A DNA stretch of 64,000 nucleotides from Deltaproteobacteria bacterium (GTDB lineage Bacteria > Desulfobacterota > DSM-4660 > Desulfatiglandales > Desulfatiglandaceae), in assembly GCA_021163815.1 (NCBI GenBank), contig JAGGTJ010000025.1:5821-69820 (forward strand). The letters run 5' to 3'. The notes under the pieces are model-generated. The model was not told the DNA's origin and searched no databases. It was given only the letters and a program-made list of their open reading frames with translations. Position numbers and translations under genes: made by a program. Within the stretch, counting starts at the first letter, position 1; every line of letters starts with the position of its first letter. Below, piece by piece: positions 51,728 to 60,892 of this stretch.

Positions 51728-52618
51728 ATGACAGGGAAAAGACAGGATAATTGTGAAGAGAATTATGGAACCCTGTACGTTGTTGCAACCCCCATTGGCA
51801 ATTTAGACGATATAACCTTGCGTGCCTTAAATGTCCTTAGGCAGGTCCATAGTGTAGCAGCCGAAAATATTTCCCGTACCAGGGCCCTTTTGAATCATTA
51901 TGGTATCAGGACCAAACTTGCAAGTTACAGAGAACAGAATCATATCAAACAGGCATCCCTTATAATCAGGATACTGCAGTCCGGCGACAGTGTTGCCCTT
52001 GTAACAGATGCCGGCACACCTTGCATTTCTGATCCTGGCGCCTATCTTGTTGACCAGGCATACGAACACAGGATAGGAGTAGTTCCAATACCAGGGCCGT
52101 CTGCATTGACTGCAGCCCTGTCCGTCTCTGGCCTTATTTCAGACAGGTATATGTTTGTCGGGTTTTTGCCCCGCAAGTCCGGAAAAAGGCGCAATATCCT
52201 CAAGGAACTGTCTCAGGAGCAGGCCGCAATGGTTTTTTATGAGGCTCCTCATCGTCTGAATCTTATGCTCTCGGACATGCTAAGTATCTTTGGCAACCGC
52301 CAGGTGGCTGTTTTCAAGGAAATCACAAAGATATTTGAGGACGTAAAAAGAGGACCTTTGAATGTGGTTATTGAGCAACTGACTCCTGAGTGGATAAGAG
52401 GGGAATTCACCGTTGTTGTTGCCGGAAACGATATCATGTCCAAAGATCATGGTCAGGGGAAAGACATTCTGAAAACAGTTGATGCCAGGTTGTTGGAGAA
52501 TACAGGCATTAAAGACATTGCAACTGCTGTTGCAGGCGAAACAGGCCTTTCATACAGGCAGGCCTATAAGATATGCATAGAAAGAAAACTATGCAGGGAA
52601 AAAGACGGTTTTTCATGA
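51728..52618 (+). CDS. rsmI: 16S rRNA (cytidine1402-2'-O)-methyltransferase
   Basis: LYVVATPIGNL.DIT.RA, DAGTP.ISDPG and YEAPHR motifs. Confidence 0.95.
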   Translation: MTGKRQDNCEENYGTLYVVATPIGNLDDITLRALNVLRQVHSVAAENISRTRALLNHYGIRTKLASYREQNHIKQASLIIRILQSGDSVALVTDAGTPCISDPGAYLVDQAYEHRIGVVPIPGPSALTAALSVSGLISDRYMFVGFLPRKSGKRRNILKELSQEQAAMVFYEAPHRLNLMLSDMLSIFGNRQVAVFKEITKIFEDVKRGPLNVVIEQLTPEWIRGEFTVVVAGNDIMSKDHGQGKDILKTVDARLLENTGIKDIATAVAGETGLSYRQAYKICIERKLCREKDGFS

Positions 52619-52692
52619 TTGATGTCATGAGTGGCCTTAACATCTGTAAAAAAATCAGCAGGAATTTTACACTCCTTACGAATGCACCCAAT

Positions 52693-52953
52693 GTATCAGT
52701 TCAACAAATGAGGCACTGACAGAAGATTTTTCCGTTTTGAGTTTCCTATCCGGTCTCTTGTGTTGTACCTGCTTTAAGGGGGATTTCCGTCAGTATTTTC
52801 TATAACCCGACATAGCCGGATCCAAAATATTCAGCAGCCTGTTTTTCAGCACGGTTTTGTGTGTTTTTACGGTAAGGTAAATCCGGAAGAGATGGCGCCA
52901 TCCTGACAGTCATGTCAGGGGAACCCTTCTGCCGCTTTTTGTTGAGCTGTTAC
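52693..52953. mobile_element. D-like element enclosing an inverted B copy (52803-52873)
   Basis: Ends GTATCAGTTCAACAAA / TTTGTTGAGCTGTTAC; no clear TSD. Confidence 0.7.
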
Positions 52954-52969
52954 ATGCCAGTTTTATTAT

Positions 52970-53239
52970 ATGGAAACTATAAAGAATTTCAGGATAAATA
53001 ATGAGTTGGGGATTCATGCCAGGACAGCGGCCATGATTGTGGAATTGGCCAAAAAGTTTAATTCCAAGATATACATAAAGAAAAATGACGAGGAAGTGGA
53101 TGGTAGAAGTATCCTGTCTATACTAACGCTTTCATGTCCCAAGGGTTCAGAAATACAGGTAAGGATTGTCGGGGATGATTCACAGGAATTTATGGATGCC
53201 TTGACAGAGCTGATCGAGGACGGATTTGGAGAGGACTGA
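52970..53239 (+). CDS. ptsH: Phosphocarrier protein HPr
   Basis: GIHAR and DGRSILSILTL motifs. Confidence 0.93.
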   Translation: METIKNFRINNELGIHARTAAMIVELAKKFNSKIYIKKNDEEVDGRSILSILTLSCPKGSEIQVRIVGDDSQEFMDALTELIEDGFGED

Positions 53240-53241
53240 TA

Positions 53242-55014
53242 ATGGCGCATGAAAAAAACACCCCCAAGACCGTATATGGAATTCCTGCTTCTCCGGGTAT
53301 AGTAATAGGCAAGGCTCATGTGGTTGACAGATCAAAGGTCAAGGTGATGTACCATTACCTTATAAGTGATGATCTGGTGGATCAGGAGGTTGCCCGTTTC
53401 AGGGAGGCAGTGGAAAAGGCAAAAGAGCAGCTTACAACCTTGAAAGACCGCCTGCCCGATTACGTAAAGGATCATGCGTTTATACTGGAAAGCCATCGCA
53501 TGATCCTGAAAGACAGCATGGTTTATAATGCTACCATAAAACACATTACTGAAGACAAGATAAATGCTGAGTGGGCGCTCAAGAAGACCTTGCTCGACAT
53601 CAAGAACGTATTCCAGGAGATTGATGATGAATACATCAGTAACAGGATCAGTGATGTGGGAAATGTTGTTGAAAGGATATTGAGAAACCTGTCAGGTAAA
53701 CAGCAGGAAAGTCTTCTGGATCTTAAAGAACGGGTAATCATTGTTGCCCATGACATCTCTCCTGAAGATGCTACAGAACTCAATACAAGCAAGGTAATGG
53801 GTTTTGTCTCTAATGTTGGTGCAAAAACCTCTCATACGGCTATTATAGCTCAGGCCCTGGGTTTGCCTGCTGTTATGGGCCTTGGCAATATTACGGATAT
53901 CGTAGAAGAAGGATGTCTGTTGATTGTCGATGGTAATACCGGCGAGGTTGTCATACAGCCTGATGATGATGCCATCATTTATTACCATGAAAGACAGATT
54001 CAAAGAGAAAGGTATCGCTCTTCCATAATCAGAACAAGTTATCTGCCTGCCAAAACCCTGGATGGTTACGAAATTGCTGTTATGGCCAATACGGAATTTG
54101 CAGGTGAAACAGAGGCGGTAAAAGAAAATGGGGGAGCAGGCATAGGCCTTTACAGAACTGAATTTCTTTATCTTAAAAGCAACGGGTTCCCTTCTGAAGA
54201 GGAGCTGTTCAATGATTATAAACAGGTGGCTGAAAAAATAGCTCCTGACCCTGTTATTATAAGGACATTGGATCTTGGCGGAGACAAGTTCCTGTCATAT
54301 TCCAATAAAAAGGAGGCGAACCCTGCCCTTGGGCTTAGGGCCATACGGTTATCGCTGAAAAATCCCCAGGTATTCAAGGTGCAGATCAGGGCCATTCTGC
54401 GTGCAAGTGCATACGGTAATGTCTGGCTGATGTTTCCCATGATATCAGGGCTTAGTGAAATCCAGGCGGCAAACAGAATACTGACGGAGGTCAAAAAAGA
54501 TCTCGATGATGCGGGGATGGACTATAAGAGGGATATAAGGGTCGGAATTATGATCGAAATCCCGTCTGCCGTTGCCATAGCAGACATACTTGCTCATCAA
54601 ATAGATTTTTTCAGCATCGGAACCAACGACCTGATCCAGTATGCCCTTGCTGTTGACAGGACAAATGAGGATGTTGCCTATCTGTATAAGCCTTTCCATC
54701 CTGCAATTTTAAGGATGATAAGGCAGGTAATAACAGCGGCCGACAAGGCCGGTATAGAGGTTTCGTTATGCGGGGCCATGGCAGGGGAACCGTGCTGTGT
54801 TCCCATCCTTATTGGCGCTGGTATGAAAAGACTAAGTGTAAATATACAGTCTGTTCCCCTTATAAAAAAGATCATACGTTCGATTTCCCTTAAAGATGCA
54901 GAGAGCTGCTTTGAAGATATTATGAAGCTGACAACGGCAAATCAGGTTGAGGCATACATAAAGGCTTTTATGAAGGACCTGTTGCCGGAACTGGGAGAAA
55001 ACGCATTTATATGA
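53242..55014 (+). CDS. ptsI: PTS enzyme I
   Basis: TSHTAI, GIGLYRTE, EANPALGLR and FSIGTNDL motifs. Confidence 0.95.
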   Translation: MAHEKNTPKTVYGIPASPGIVIGKAHVVDRSKVKVMYHYLISDDLVDQEVARFREAVEKAKEQLTTLKDRLPDYVKDHAFILESHRMILKDSMVYNATIKHITEDKINAEWALKKTLLDIKNVFQEIDDEYISNRISDVGNVVERILRNLSGKQQESLLDLKERVIIVAHDISPEDATELNTSKVMGFVSNVGAKTSHTAIIAQALGLPAVMGLGNITDIVEEGCLLIVDGNTGEVVIQPDDDAIIYYHERQIQRERYRSSIIRTSYLPAKTLDGYEIAVMANTEFAGETEAVKENGGAGIGLYRTEFLYLKSNGFPSEEELFNDYKQVAEKIAPDPVIIRTLDLGGDKFLSYSNKKEANPALGLRAIRLSLKNPQVFKVQIRAILRASAYGNVWLMFPMISGLSEIQAANRILTEVKKDLDDAGMDYKRDIRVGIMIEIPSAVAIADILAHQIDFFSIGTNDLIQYALAVDRTNEDVAYLYKPFHPAILRMIRQVITAADKAGIEVSLCGAMAGEPCCVPILIGAGMKRLSVNIQSVPLIKKIIRSISLKDAESCFEDIMKLTTANQVEAYIKAFMKDLLPELGENAFI

Positions 55015-55466
55015 ACAAAAAGATTGTATGCTCGAACAAAAAGGCGAAATATGACTATTTCCTCGATGATTTTTATGAAGCAGGGATGGTGTTGCTGGGA
55101 CCGGAGGTTAAATCCCTAAGGTTGGGGCAGGCAAATCTTACAGACAGCTATGCAAAGATCAAAAAGGGCGAGGTTTTTTTGTACAATATGCATATCAAGC
55201 CCTATGTAAATGCCCGGCATATAAACCTGGATCCTGTAAGGCCAAGAAAACTGCTTTTGAACAAGAGGGAGATAAAACGCCTTATTGGGAAAACAGAGGG
55301 AAAGGGCTATACCCTTATACCAACAAAGGTTTATTTTTTAAACGGTTGGGCAAAGGTGGAAATTGCCTTGGCAAGAGGCAAACGCAAGTACGACAAGCGA
55401 CAGGCCCTTAAAGAAAAAGAGATGAAAAAGGATATGAAAGAGGCCCAAAAAAGGTATAAGTATTGA
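55011..55466 (+). CDS. smpB: SsrA-binding protein
   Basis: NKKA, EAG.VL.G.EVKSLR, RKLLL and GKR.YDKR motifs. Confidence 0.97.
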   Translation: MNKKIVCSNKKAKYDYFLDDFYEAGMVLLGPEVKSLRLGQANLTDSYAKIKKGEVFLYNMHIKPYVNARHINLDPVRPRKLLLNKREIKRLIGKTEGKGYTLIPTKVYFLNGWAKVEIALARGKRKYDKRQALKEKEMKKDMKEAQKRYKY

Positions 55467-55549
55467 CATTTTCATCGTAAATGATTATTTTATAGCAGTA
55501 AATTGCCCCGATTGTCTGTTTTTATCATCTTTGATGGTAATAACTGTAA

Positions 55550-55903
55550 GGGGGCGAAACGGTTTCGACGGAGATAGTTGAAGTTCAGATTGCATACCGA
55601 GGTTCCATCATCTCGTAAAACAGGTGGATATAAACACAATCGCAGACGATTATTCGTATGCTCTGGCCGCTTAGGCCAGCGTCCTTTTAGTTTTTACCTG
55701 CGGAACTAAAAAGGGCGTCGATCAGCAGGGTAGCTTGGCCGTATTGCCTGTGTGACGGTCAGGTGAACTTTATCACAGGATAGTCCGTTGTTGTAGGTGC
55801 TCGATACCTACGACAGGGATGAAACAATAAATATCGAGCTAAGTATGTAGATGTCTGAATGGAATGTTTCCGGACGGGGGTTCGACTCCCCCCGCCTCCA
55901 CCA
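55550..55903 (+). ncRNA. ssrA: tmRNA
   Basis: 5' GGGGGCGAAACGGTTTCGAC and 3' GGGGTTCGACTCCCCCCGCCTCCACCA; tag ORF 55642-55674 ADDYSYALAA*; follows smpB. Confidence 0.97.
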
Positions 55904-55916
55904 TTTGAAAAAAGAC

Positions 55917-55960
55917 AACCCGTCTCTCGGCATATCTTTTCCGGGAAGACGGTTTTTTTT
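55917..55960 (+). terminator. Probable tmRNA terminator
   Basis: Imperfect stem CCGTCT..CGG / CCG..AGACGG followed by a T run. Confidence 0.65.
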
Positions 55961-56295
55961 ATTTTCCCCCCCCTTGTTTTCAGATGGCTTGCGCCCATTT
56001 CACATCTTTTTAAAGTACCTCTTTGCTCCTCGTTTCTTCTCCACCTTTCTTCCTCTGTTTGTCCCCAGATTCGCTGGCATTGACAATCACCCCACGATCC
56101 TGCCCCTACACACCCGGTGATATATTCGGGCGGGATAAGTCTTTACCGGCATGTGTTTGTGCCGGGTTATGCCCGGGAGAGCATGGTTTCGGCATGGCTC
56201 TATATTGGAGACACGGCAGTCAGGCGTGGGACGAAGCTCATCCAGTCCGGTATTTGGTCGGAATAAACACCGATCACCATAATTTAGAAAAACAT

Positions 56296-56324
56296 TTGAC
56301 AGCAACTGTCACTAACTGTATATT
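56296..56324 (+). promoter_or_regulatory. Sigma70 promoter of the BREX operon with an overlapping palindrome
   Basis: TTGACA-N17-TATATT; palindrome TGACAG-CAA-CTGTCA at 56297-56311. Confidence 0.75.
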
Positions 56325-56385
56325 AGATGGGTGTTATGAGGTATCGTGCGAAAACTTTTGCCTTGCGGTCAGAGAGGTATACCTG

Positions 56386-56592
56386 ATGGATGAAAAACCA
56401 GGCGCTGTCATGACCATTGAAGAGCTATCCGCCTATCTGAAGATTCCGAAGTCAACGCTCTATAAGCTCGTTCGGGAAGGCAAGGTCCCTTCCCAGAAGG
56501 TGGGCCGGCACTGGCGTTTCCGGAAGGAGGCCATCGATCGATGGTTGGACGAGACGCAAGCCGAAGAGCCGGATACAAAGGGAGAACAGTAA
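56386..56592 (+). CDS. Excisionase-like helix-turn-helix protein (HTH_17)
   Basis: MTIEELSAYLKIPKSTLYKLVREGKVP..KVGRHWRF; RBS GAGGT. Confidence 0.9.
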   Translation: MDEKPGAVMTIEELSAYLKIPKSTLYKLVREGKVPSQKVGRHWRFRKEAIDRWLDETQAEEPDTKGEQ

Positions 56593-57068
56593 TGGCTGAG
56601 CCTCTCGCTGATCAGGTCATGCGGAAAATCAAACAGGCTGCCGAGCTTTACCATAGGCTTATGCTGGTCGTAGCTCCGGCAGGAGCGGGAAAAACTACTG
56701 CGCTCACATACGTGAAAGAACGCATAGGCGCACCACTGGTCAACGTCAACCTGGAGCTGTCACGCCGCATGCTTGAACTAACCGAGCGCCAGAGGGCGTT
56801 ACAGCTTCCCCGACTGTTAAGGGAGATTGTAGATGATGCTGCCAGTGAAGTGGTGTTGCTCGACAATTTAGAGATTTTATTTGACGTATCCCTGCAGCAA
56901 GACCCTCTTCGGCTTCTTCAGGGACTTTCTCGTAACAAAACGGTGGTTGCTGCCTGGAACGGTTCCATTGACAAAGACCACATGACCTATGCCGTACCGG
57001 ATCATCCTGAGTTCCGCCGCTATCTGGTCCGCGATTTTCTGGTGGCAAGTCCGGAGGTAACGACATGA
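56592..57068 (+). CDS. brxF: BREX-3 P-loop protein BrxF
   Basis: LYHRL.LVV, AGAGKT, NVNLELS..ML and [18 protein letters not shown] motifs; TAATG coupling with the upstream gene. Confidence 0.88.
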   Translation: MAEPLADQVMRKIKQAAELYHRLMLVVAPAGAGKTTALTYVKERIGAPLVNVNLELSRRMLELTERQRALQLPRLLREIVDDAASEVVLLDNLEILFDVSLQQDPLRLLQGLSRNKTVVAAWNGSIDKDHMTYAVPDHPEFRRYLVRDFLVASPEVTT

Positions 57069-57102
57069 AGCTGATAGAAGAGATTACAAGGGGGCATACG
57101 CG

Positions 57103-60100
57103 ATGAAATACGGTGACCTGATTCAGTTTGAACCCATTGAGTCCGTGGTCCAACTGCGGGATGCCATTGATGCAACTGCCGCCCGGCAGCTTGTCGAGAC
57201 CTATGTCATTTCCAAAGAGATGGCAGAGAAGCTGGTGGGTTTGGTTATTCCCCAGCTGCAGTTTGAGCAGCCCACCGACAACAAAGGACTTCTGGTGGTT
57301 GGTAATTACGGCACTGGTAAATCCCACCTCATGTCGGTGATCTCCTCTCTTGCGGAACATCCCGACCTTACCGCCAGTCTCAGCAATGCCGACGTAGCGA
57401 ATGCTGCTCAAAAAATCAGCGGCCGGTTCAAGGTGGTCCGTACCGAGATCGGTGCCACCACCATGTCCCTGCGGGACATTCTTGTTGCCGAACTGGAAGA
57501 GCATCTGGCGGCGATGGGTGTGAGCTACAGCTTTCCATCCGCCGACCAGGTATCCAACAACAAACGTTCCTTCGAGGAGATGATGGCCGCCTTCCACCAG
57601 GAATTTCCGGACCATGGTCTACTCCTCGTGGTGGATGAGCTTCTCGACTATCTGCGCACCCGTAAAGACCAGGAGCTTATTCTGGACCTGAACTTCCTCC
57701 GTGAGATCGGCGAAGTTTGCAAGGACCTGCGTTTCCGCTTCATGGCCGGTGTCCAGGAAGCCATTTTCGACAGTCCCCGGTTCTCCTTTGTGGCCGACAG
57801 TATCCGCCGGGTGAAGGACCGCTTCGAGCAGATTCTCATCGCTCGCAAAGACGTCAAGTTCGTGGTGGCCGAGCGATTGCTCAAGAAAACCGGTGAGCAG
57901 CAGGCCAAAATACGCGAATACCTTACGCCCTTCGGCAAGTTCTACGGCCATATGAACGAGCGCATGGGCGAGTTCGTCCGTCTCTTCCCAGTGCATCCCG
58001 ATTACGTCGACACCTTTGAGAGGGTAACCGCGGTTGAAAAGCGCGAAGTGCTCAAGACCCTGTCCCTGGCCATGAAGAAGATGCTCGATCAGGATCTGCC
58101 AGACGACCGGCCGGGGCTCATCGCCTATGACACCTACTGGACTAATCTCCGAGAGAATCCATCCTTCCGGGCCGTGCCAGACATTAAGGCGGTCATCGAC
58201 TGCAGCCAGGTACTGGAGTCCCGCATACAGCAGGCCTTCACGCGTCCGGCTTACAGGCCCATGACGATCAGACTTATCCATGCCCTGTCTGTACATCGGC
58301 TTACTACAGGTGACATTTATGCCCCTCTGGGCGCGACAGCTGAGGAGCTTCGTGACGGGCTTTGCCTCTATCAACCGGGCATCGAGGAACTGGGAGGTGA
58401 TCCGGCCGACGACCTGCTATCCCAGGTAGAGACCGTCCTGCGCGAAATCCACAAAACGGTCAGCGGACAATTTATCTCTTCGAATCCGGACAGCCGGCAA
58501 TTCTATCTGGACCTGAAAAAAATCGACGACTTCGACGCGTTGATCGAAAAACGCGCCGAAAGCCTCGATTCCTCCCAACTGGACCGCTACTACTACGAGG
58601 CCCTGAAACGGGTCATGGAATGTACTGACCAGACTTATGTCACCGGCTACAAGATCTGGCAGCACGAGCTGGAATGGTTGGAGCGCAAGGCTGCACGCCA
58701 GGGATACCTTTTCTTTGGCGCGCCCAACGAGCGATCCACTGCTGTACCGCCGCGGGACTTCTACCTCTATTTCATTCAACCCTTCGATCCACCGCACTTC
58801 AAGGACGAGAAGAAGCCCGACGAGCTGTTCCTCAGGCTTCGCCTAAGTGCGGAGTACGATGTGCGAAGTGCGCAAGAGAAGAACGCACCACGCACGGCGC
58901 ACCACGCACTCGATTTCAGGGAAACCCTGAAATCGTTTGCCGCAGCCCTGGACCTGGCATCCACCTCATCTGGGCAGGCAAAAGCAACCTACGAATCCAA
59001 GTCATCCCATTTTCTGCGGGACCTGGTGCAGTGGCTGCAAAAGCACATGACAGATGCATTCGAGGTCACCTATCAGGGGCGCACAAAGTCACTTACCGAG
59101 TGGGCCAAGGGTAAGTCGATCCGTGAGCTTTCCGGCATCAGCTCCCATGAACGCATCAATTTTCGTGACCTGATTAACACAATTGCCGGGATCTGCCTGG
59201 GAGCTCACTTCCAGGATCAGGCACCTGAGTATCCCTTCTTCTCGGTCCTCATCACCGGGACCAACCGGGAACAGGCCGCCCAGGACGCCTTGCGCGCCAT
59301 TGCCGGTCAGAACCGAACCAAGCAGGCCACCGCTGTATTGGATGCGCTGGAACTACTCGACGGTGAACGGCTTGATCCATACCAGTCGAAGTACGCCAAG
59401 CACATCATCGGCCTGCTCAAGAAGAAAGGGCATGGCCAAGTGGTCAATCGCTCCGAGCTAATCCAGGACGACAAGGGTGTGGAATACATGGATAAAGACC
59501 GGTATCGGCTGGAGCCCGAGTGGGTGATTGTTGTCCTGGCCGCGCTGGTCTACTCCGGTGATCTGGTGCTCGCCATCCCGGGCAAGAAGTACGACGCCAC
59601 CGGCCTTCCACAACTGGCCGGGATCGGCATAGATGAACTGACGCAGTTCAACCATATCGAACGACCCAAGGACTGGAACCTGCCAGCTCTGAAAGCGGTA
59701 TTCGAACTGCTCGGTCTCACACCAGGCATGGCGCAACTGGTCACCCAGGGCAAGGACGAACCGGTCCAGCAGTTGCAAAAGGCCATCTCAGAATCGGTAG
59801 AGAAGCTGGTGCTCCTGCAGCAAACCCTACAAAGCGGACTACTTTTCTGGGGTCGGAACTTACTGACTGAGGAAGAAGCTCAAAAGCTCCGTACCCGGCT
59901 CGACGAGACCAAGACTTTCCTGGAGTCGCTCCAGGCCTATACCTCGCCTGGCAAGCTCAAAAACTTCCGCTACGACGCCCAGGAGGTGACATCCCATCGG
60001 GACGGAATCAATTCCCTTACAGAAATCGAATCTCTCCAGGAATTGGTAGCCGATCTCGGTTCCACTGCCTCCTTCCTGTCCACCGCCGAGGCGGTACTGC

Positions 60101-60888
60101 CCGCGGAACACGAGTGGGTAGATGAGATGAAGAAGGTGCGTGACGAGGTACTCATCCAACTTGGCGATCCAGACAAACGCAGTGCAGCCACCTTCCGCCA
60201 GCAGACTCAGCGCAAGCTCGCAGATCTCAAGAAGACCTACGTGCAGACCTACCTGGCATTGCATGCCAAGGCTCGGCTGGGCGTGAACGAAGACAAGCGC
60301 AAGACCGAACTCATGGGTGACGAACGGCTCAAGGTGTTGCAAAAGCTATCCACTATCGAACTGATGCCGCGTCAGCATCTGACCGACTTTCAAAACCGTC
60401 TTGCCGGTTTGAAGAGCTGCTTCGCGCTCACCGAGCAGGAATTGGATGCAACGCCTGTGTGCCCGCACTGCAACTACAAACCCAGCGCGGAACCACCGGC
60501 TGTACCGGCGGGCACTGTGTTGGATGATCTCGACGAGGAGCTGGACAAGCTGGTGGAGAACTGGACTCAGACATTGCTGACCAACCTGGAGGACCCGACC
60601 ACCAAGGGCAACCTGGACCTGCTCAAGCCCGAGCCCAAGAAGCTCGTGAACGGCTTCATCAAAAAGCGGGCCCTGCCGGACGAAATCAATCAGGATTTCA
60701 TCCATGCCCTTGGCGAGGTGCTTTCCGGGCTCCAGAAAGTTCCGGTCAAGATCGCAGATCTGCGTGCGGCCCTGCTCTCCGGCGGCTCACCGGTAACACC
60801 GGCGGAGATGAAGAAACGGTTCGAGGAATATCTGGACGAACTCACCAAGGGCAAGGAGCCCGGCAAGGTGAGGATTGTGCTGGAGTGA
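57103..60888 (+). CDS. brxC: BREX-3 ATPase BrxC/PglY (DUF6079-like)
   Basis: [15 protein letters not shown] start, Walker [10 protein letters not shown], Walker [11 protein letters not shown]-terminal CPHC; follows brxF. Confidence 0.85.
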   Translation: MKYGDLIQFEPIESVVQLRDAIDATAARQLVETYVISKEMAEKLVGLVIPQLQFEQPTDNKGLLVVGNYGTGKSHLMSVISSLAEHPDLTASLSNADVANAAQKISGRFKVVRTEIGATTMSLRDILVAELEEHLAAMGVSYSFPSADQVSNNKRSFEEMMAAFHQEFPDHGLLLVVDELLDYLRTRKDQELILDLNFLREIGEVCKDLRFRFMAGVQEAIFDSPRFSFVADSIRRVKDRFEQILIARKDVKFVVAERLLKKTGEQQAKIREYLTPFGKFYGHMNERMGEFVRLFPVHPDYVDTFERVTAVEKREVLKTLSLAMKKMLDQDLPDDRPGLIAYDTYWTNLRENPSFRAVPDIKAVIDCSQVLESRIQQAFTRPAYRPMTIRLIHALSVHRLTTGDIYAPLGATAEELRDGLCLYQPGIEELGGDPADDLLSQVETVLREIHKTVSGQFISSNPDSRQFYLDLKKIDDFDALIEKRAESLDSSQLDRYYYEALKRVMECTDQTYVTGYKIWQHELEWLERKAARQGYLFFGAPNERSTAVPPRDFYLYFIQPFDPPHFKDEKKPDELFLRLRLSAEYDVRSAQEKNAPRTAHHALDFRETLKSFAAALDLASTSSGQAKATYESKSSHFLRDLVQWLQKHMTDAFEVTYQGRTKSLTEWAKGKSIRELSGISSHERINFRDLINTIAGICLGAHFQDQAPEYPFFSVLITGTNREQAAQDALRAIAGQNRTKQATAVLDALELLDGERLDPYQSKYAKHIIGLLKKKGHGQVVNRSELIQDDKGVEYMDKDRYRLEPEWVIVVLAALVYSGDLVLAIPGKKYDATGLPQLAGIGIDELTQFNHIERPKDWNLPALKAVFELLGLTPGMAQLVTQGKDEPVQQLQKAISESVEKLVLLQQTLQSGLLFWGRNLLTEEEAQKLRTRLDETKTFLESLQAYTSPGKLKNFRYDAQEVTSHRDGINSLTEIESLQELVADLGSTASFLSTAEAVLPAEHEWVDEMKKVRDEVLIQLGDPDKRSAATFRQQTQRKLADLKKTYVQTYLALHAKARLGVNEDKRKTELMGDERLKVLQKLSTIELMPRQHLTDFQNRLAGLKSCFALTEQELDATPVCPHCNYKPSAEPPAVPAGTVLDDLDEELDKLVENWTQTLLTNLEDPTTKGNLDLLKPEPKKLVNGFIKKRALPDEINQDFIHALGEVLSGLQKVPVKIADLRAALLSGGSPVTPAEMKKRFEEYLDELTKGKEPGKVRIVLE

Positions 60889-60892
60889 ACAG

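Noticed and set aside
56023..56385. N-terminal extension of the 189-aa ORF
   Set aside because: It spans the promoter region; the RBS and HTH similarity point to ATG 56386.
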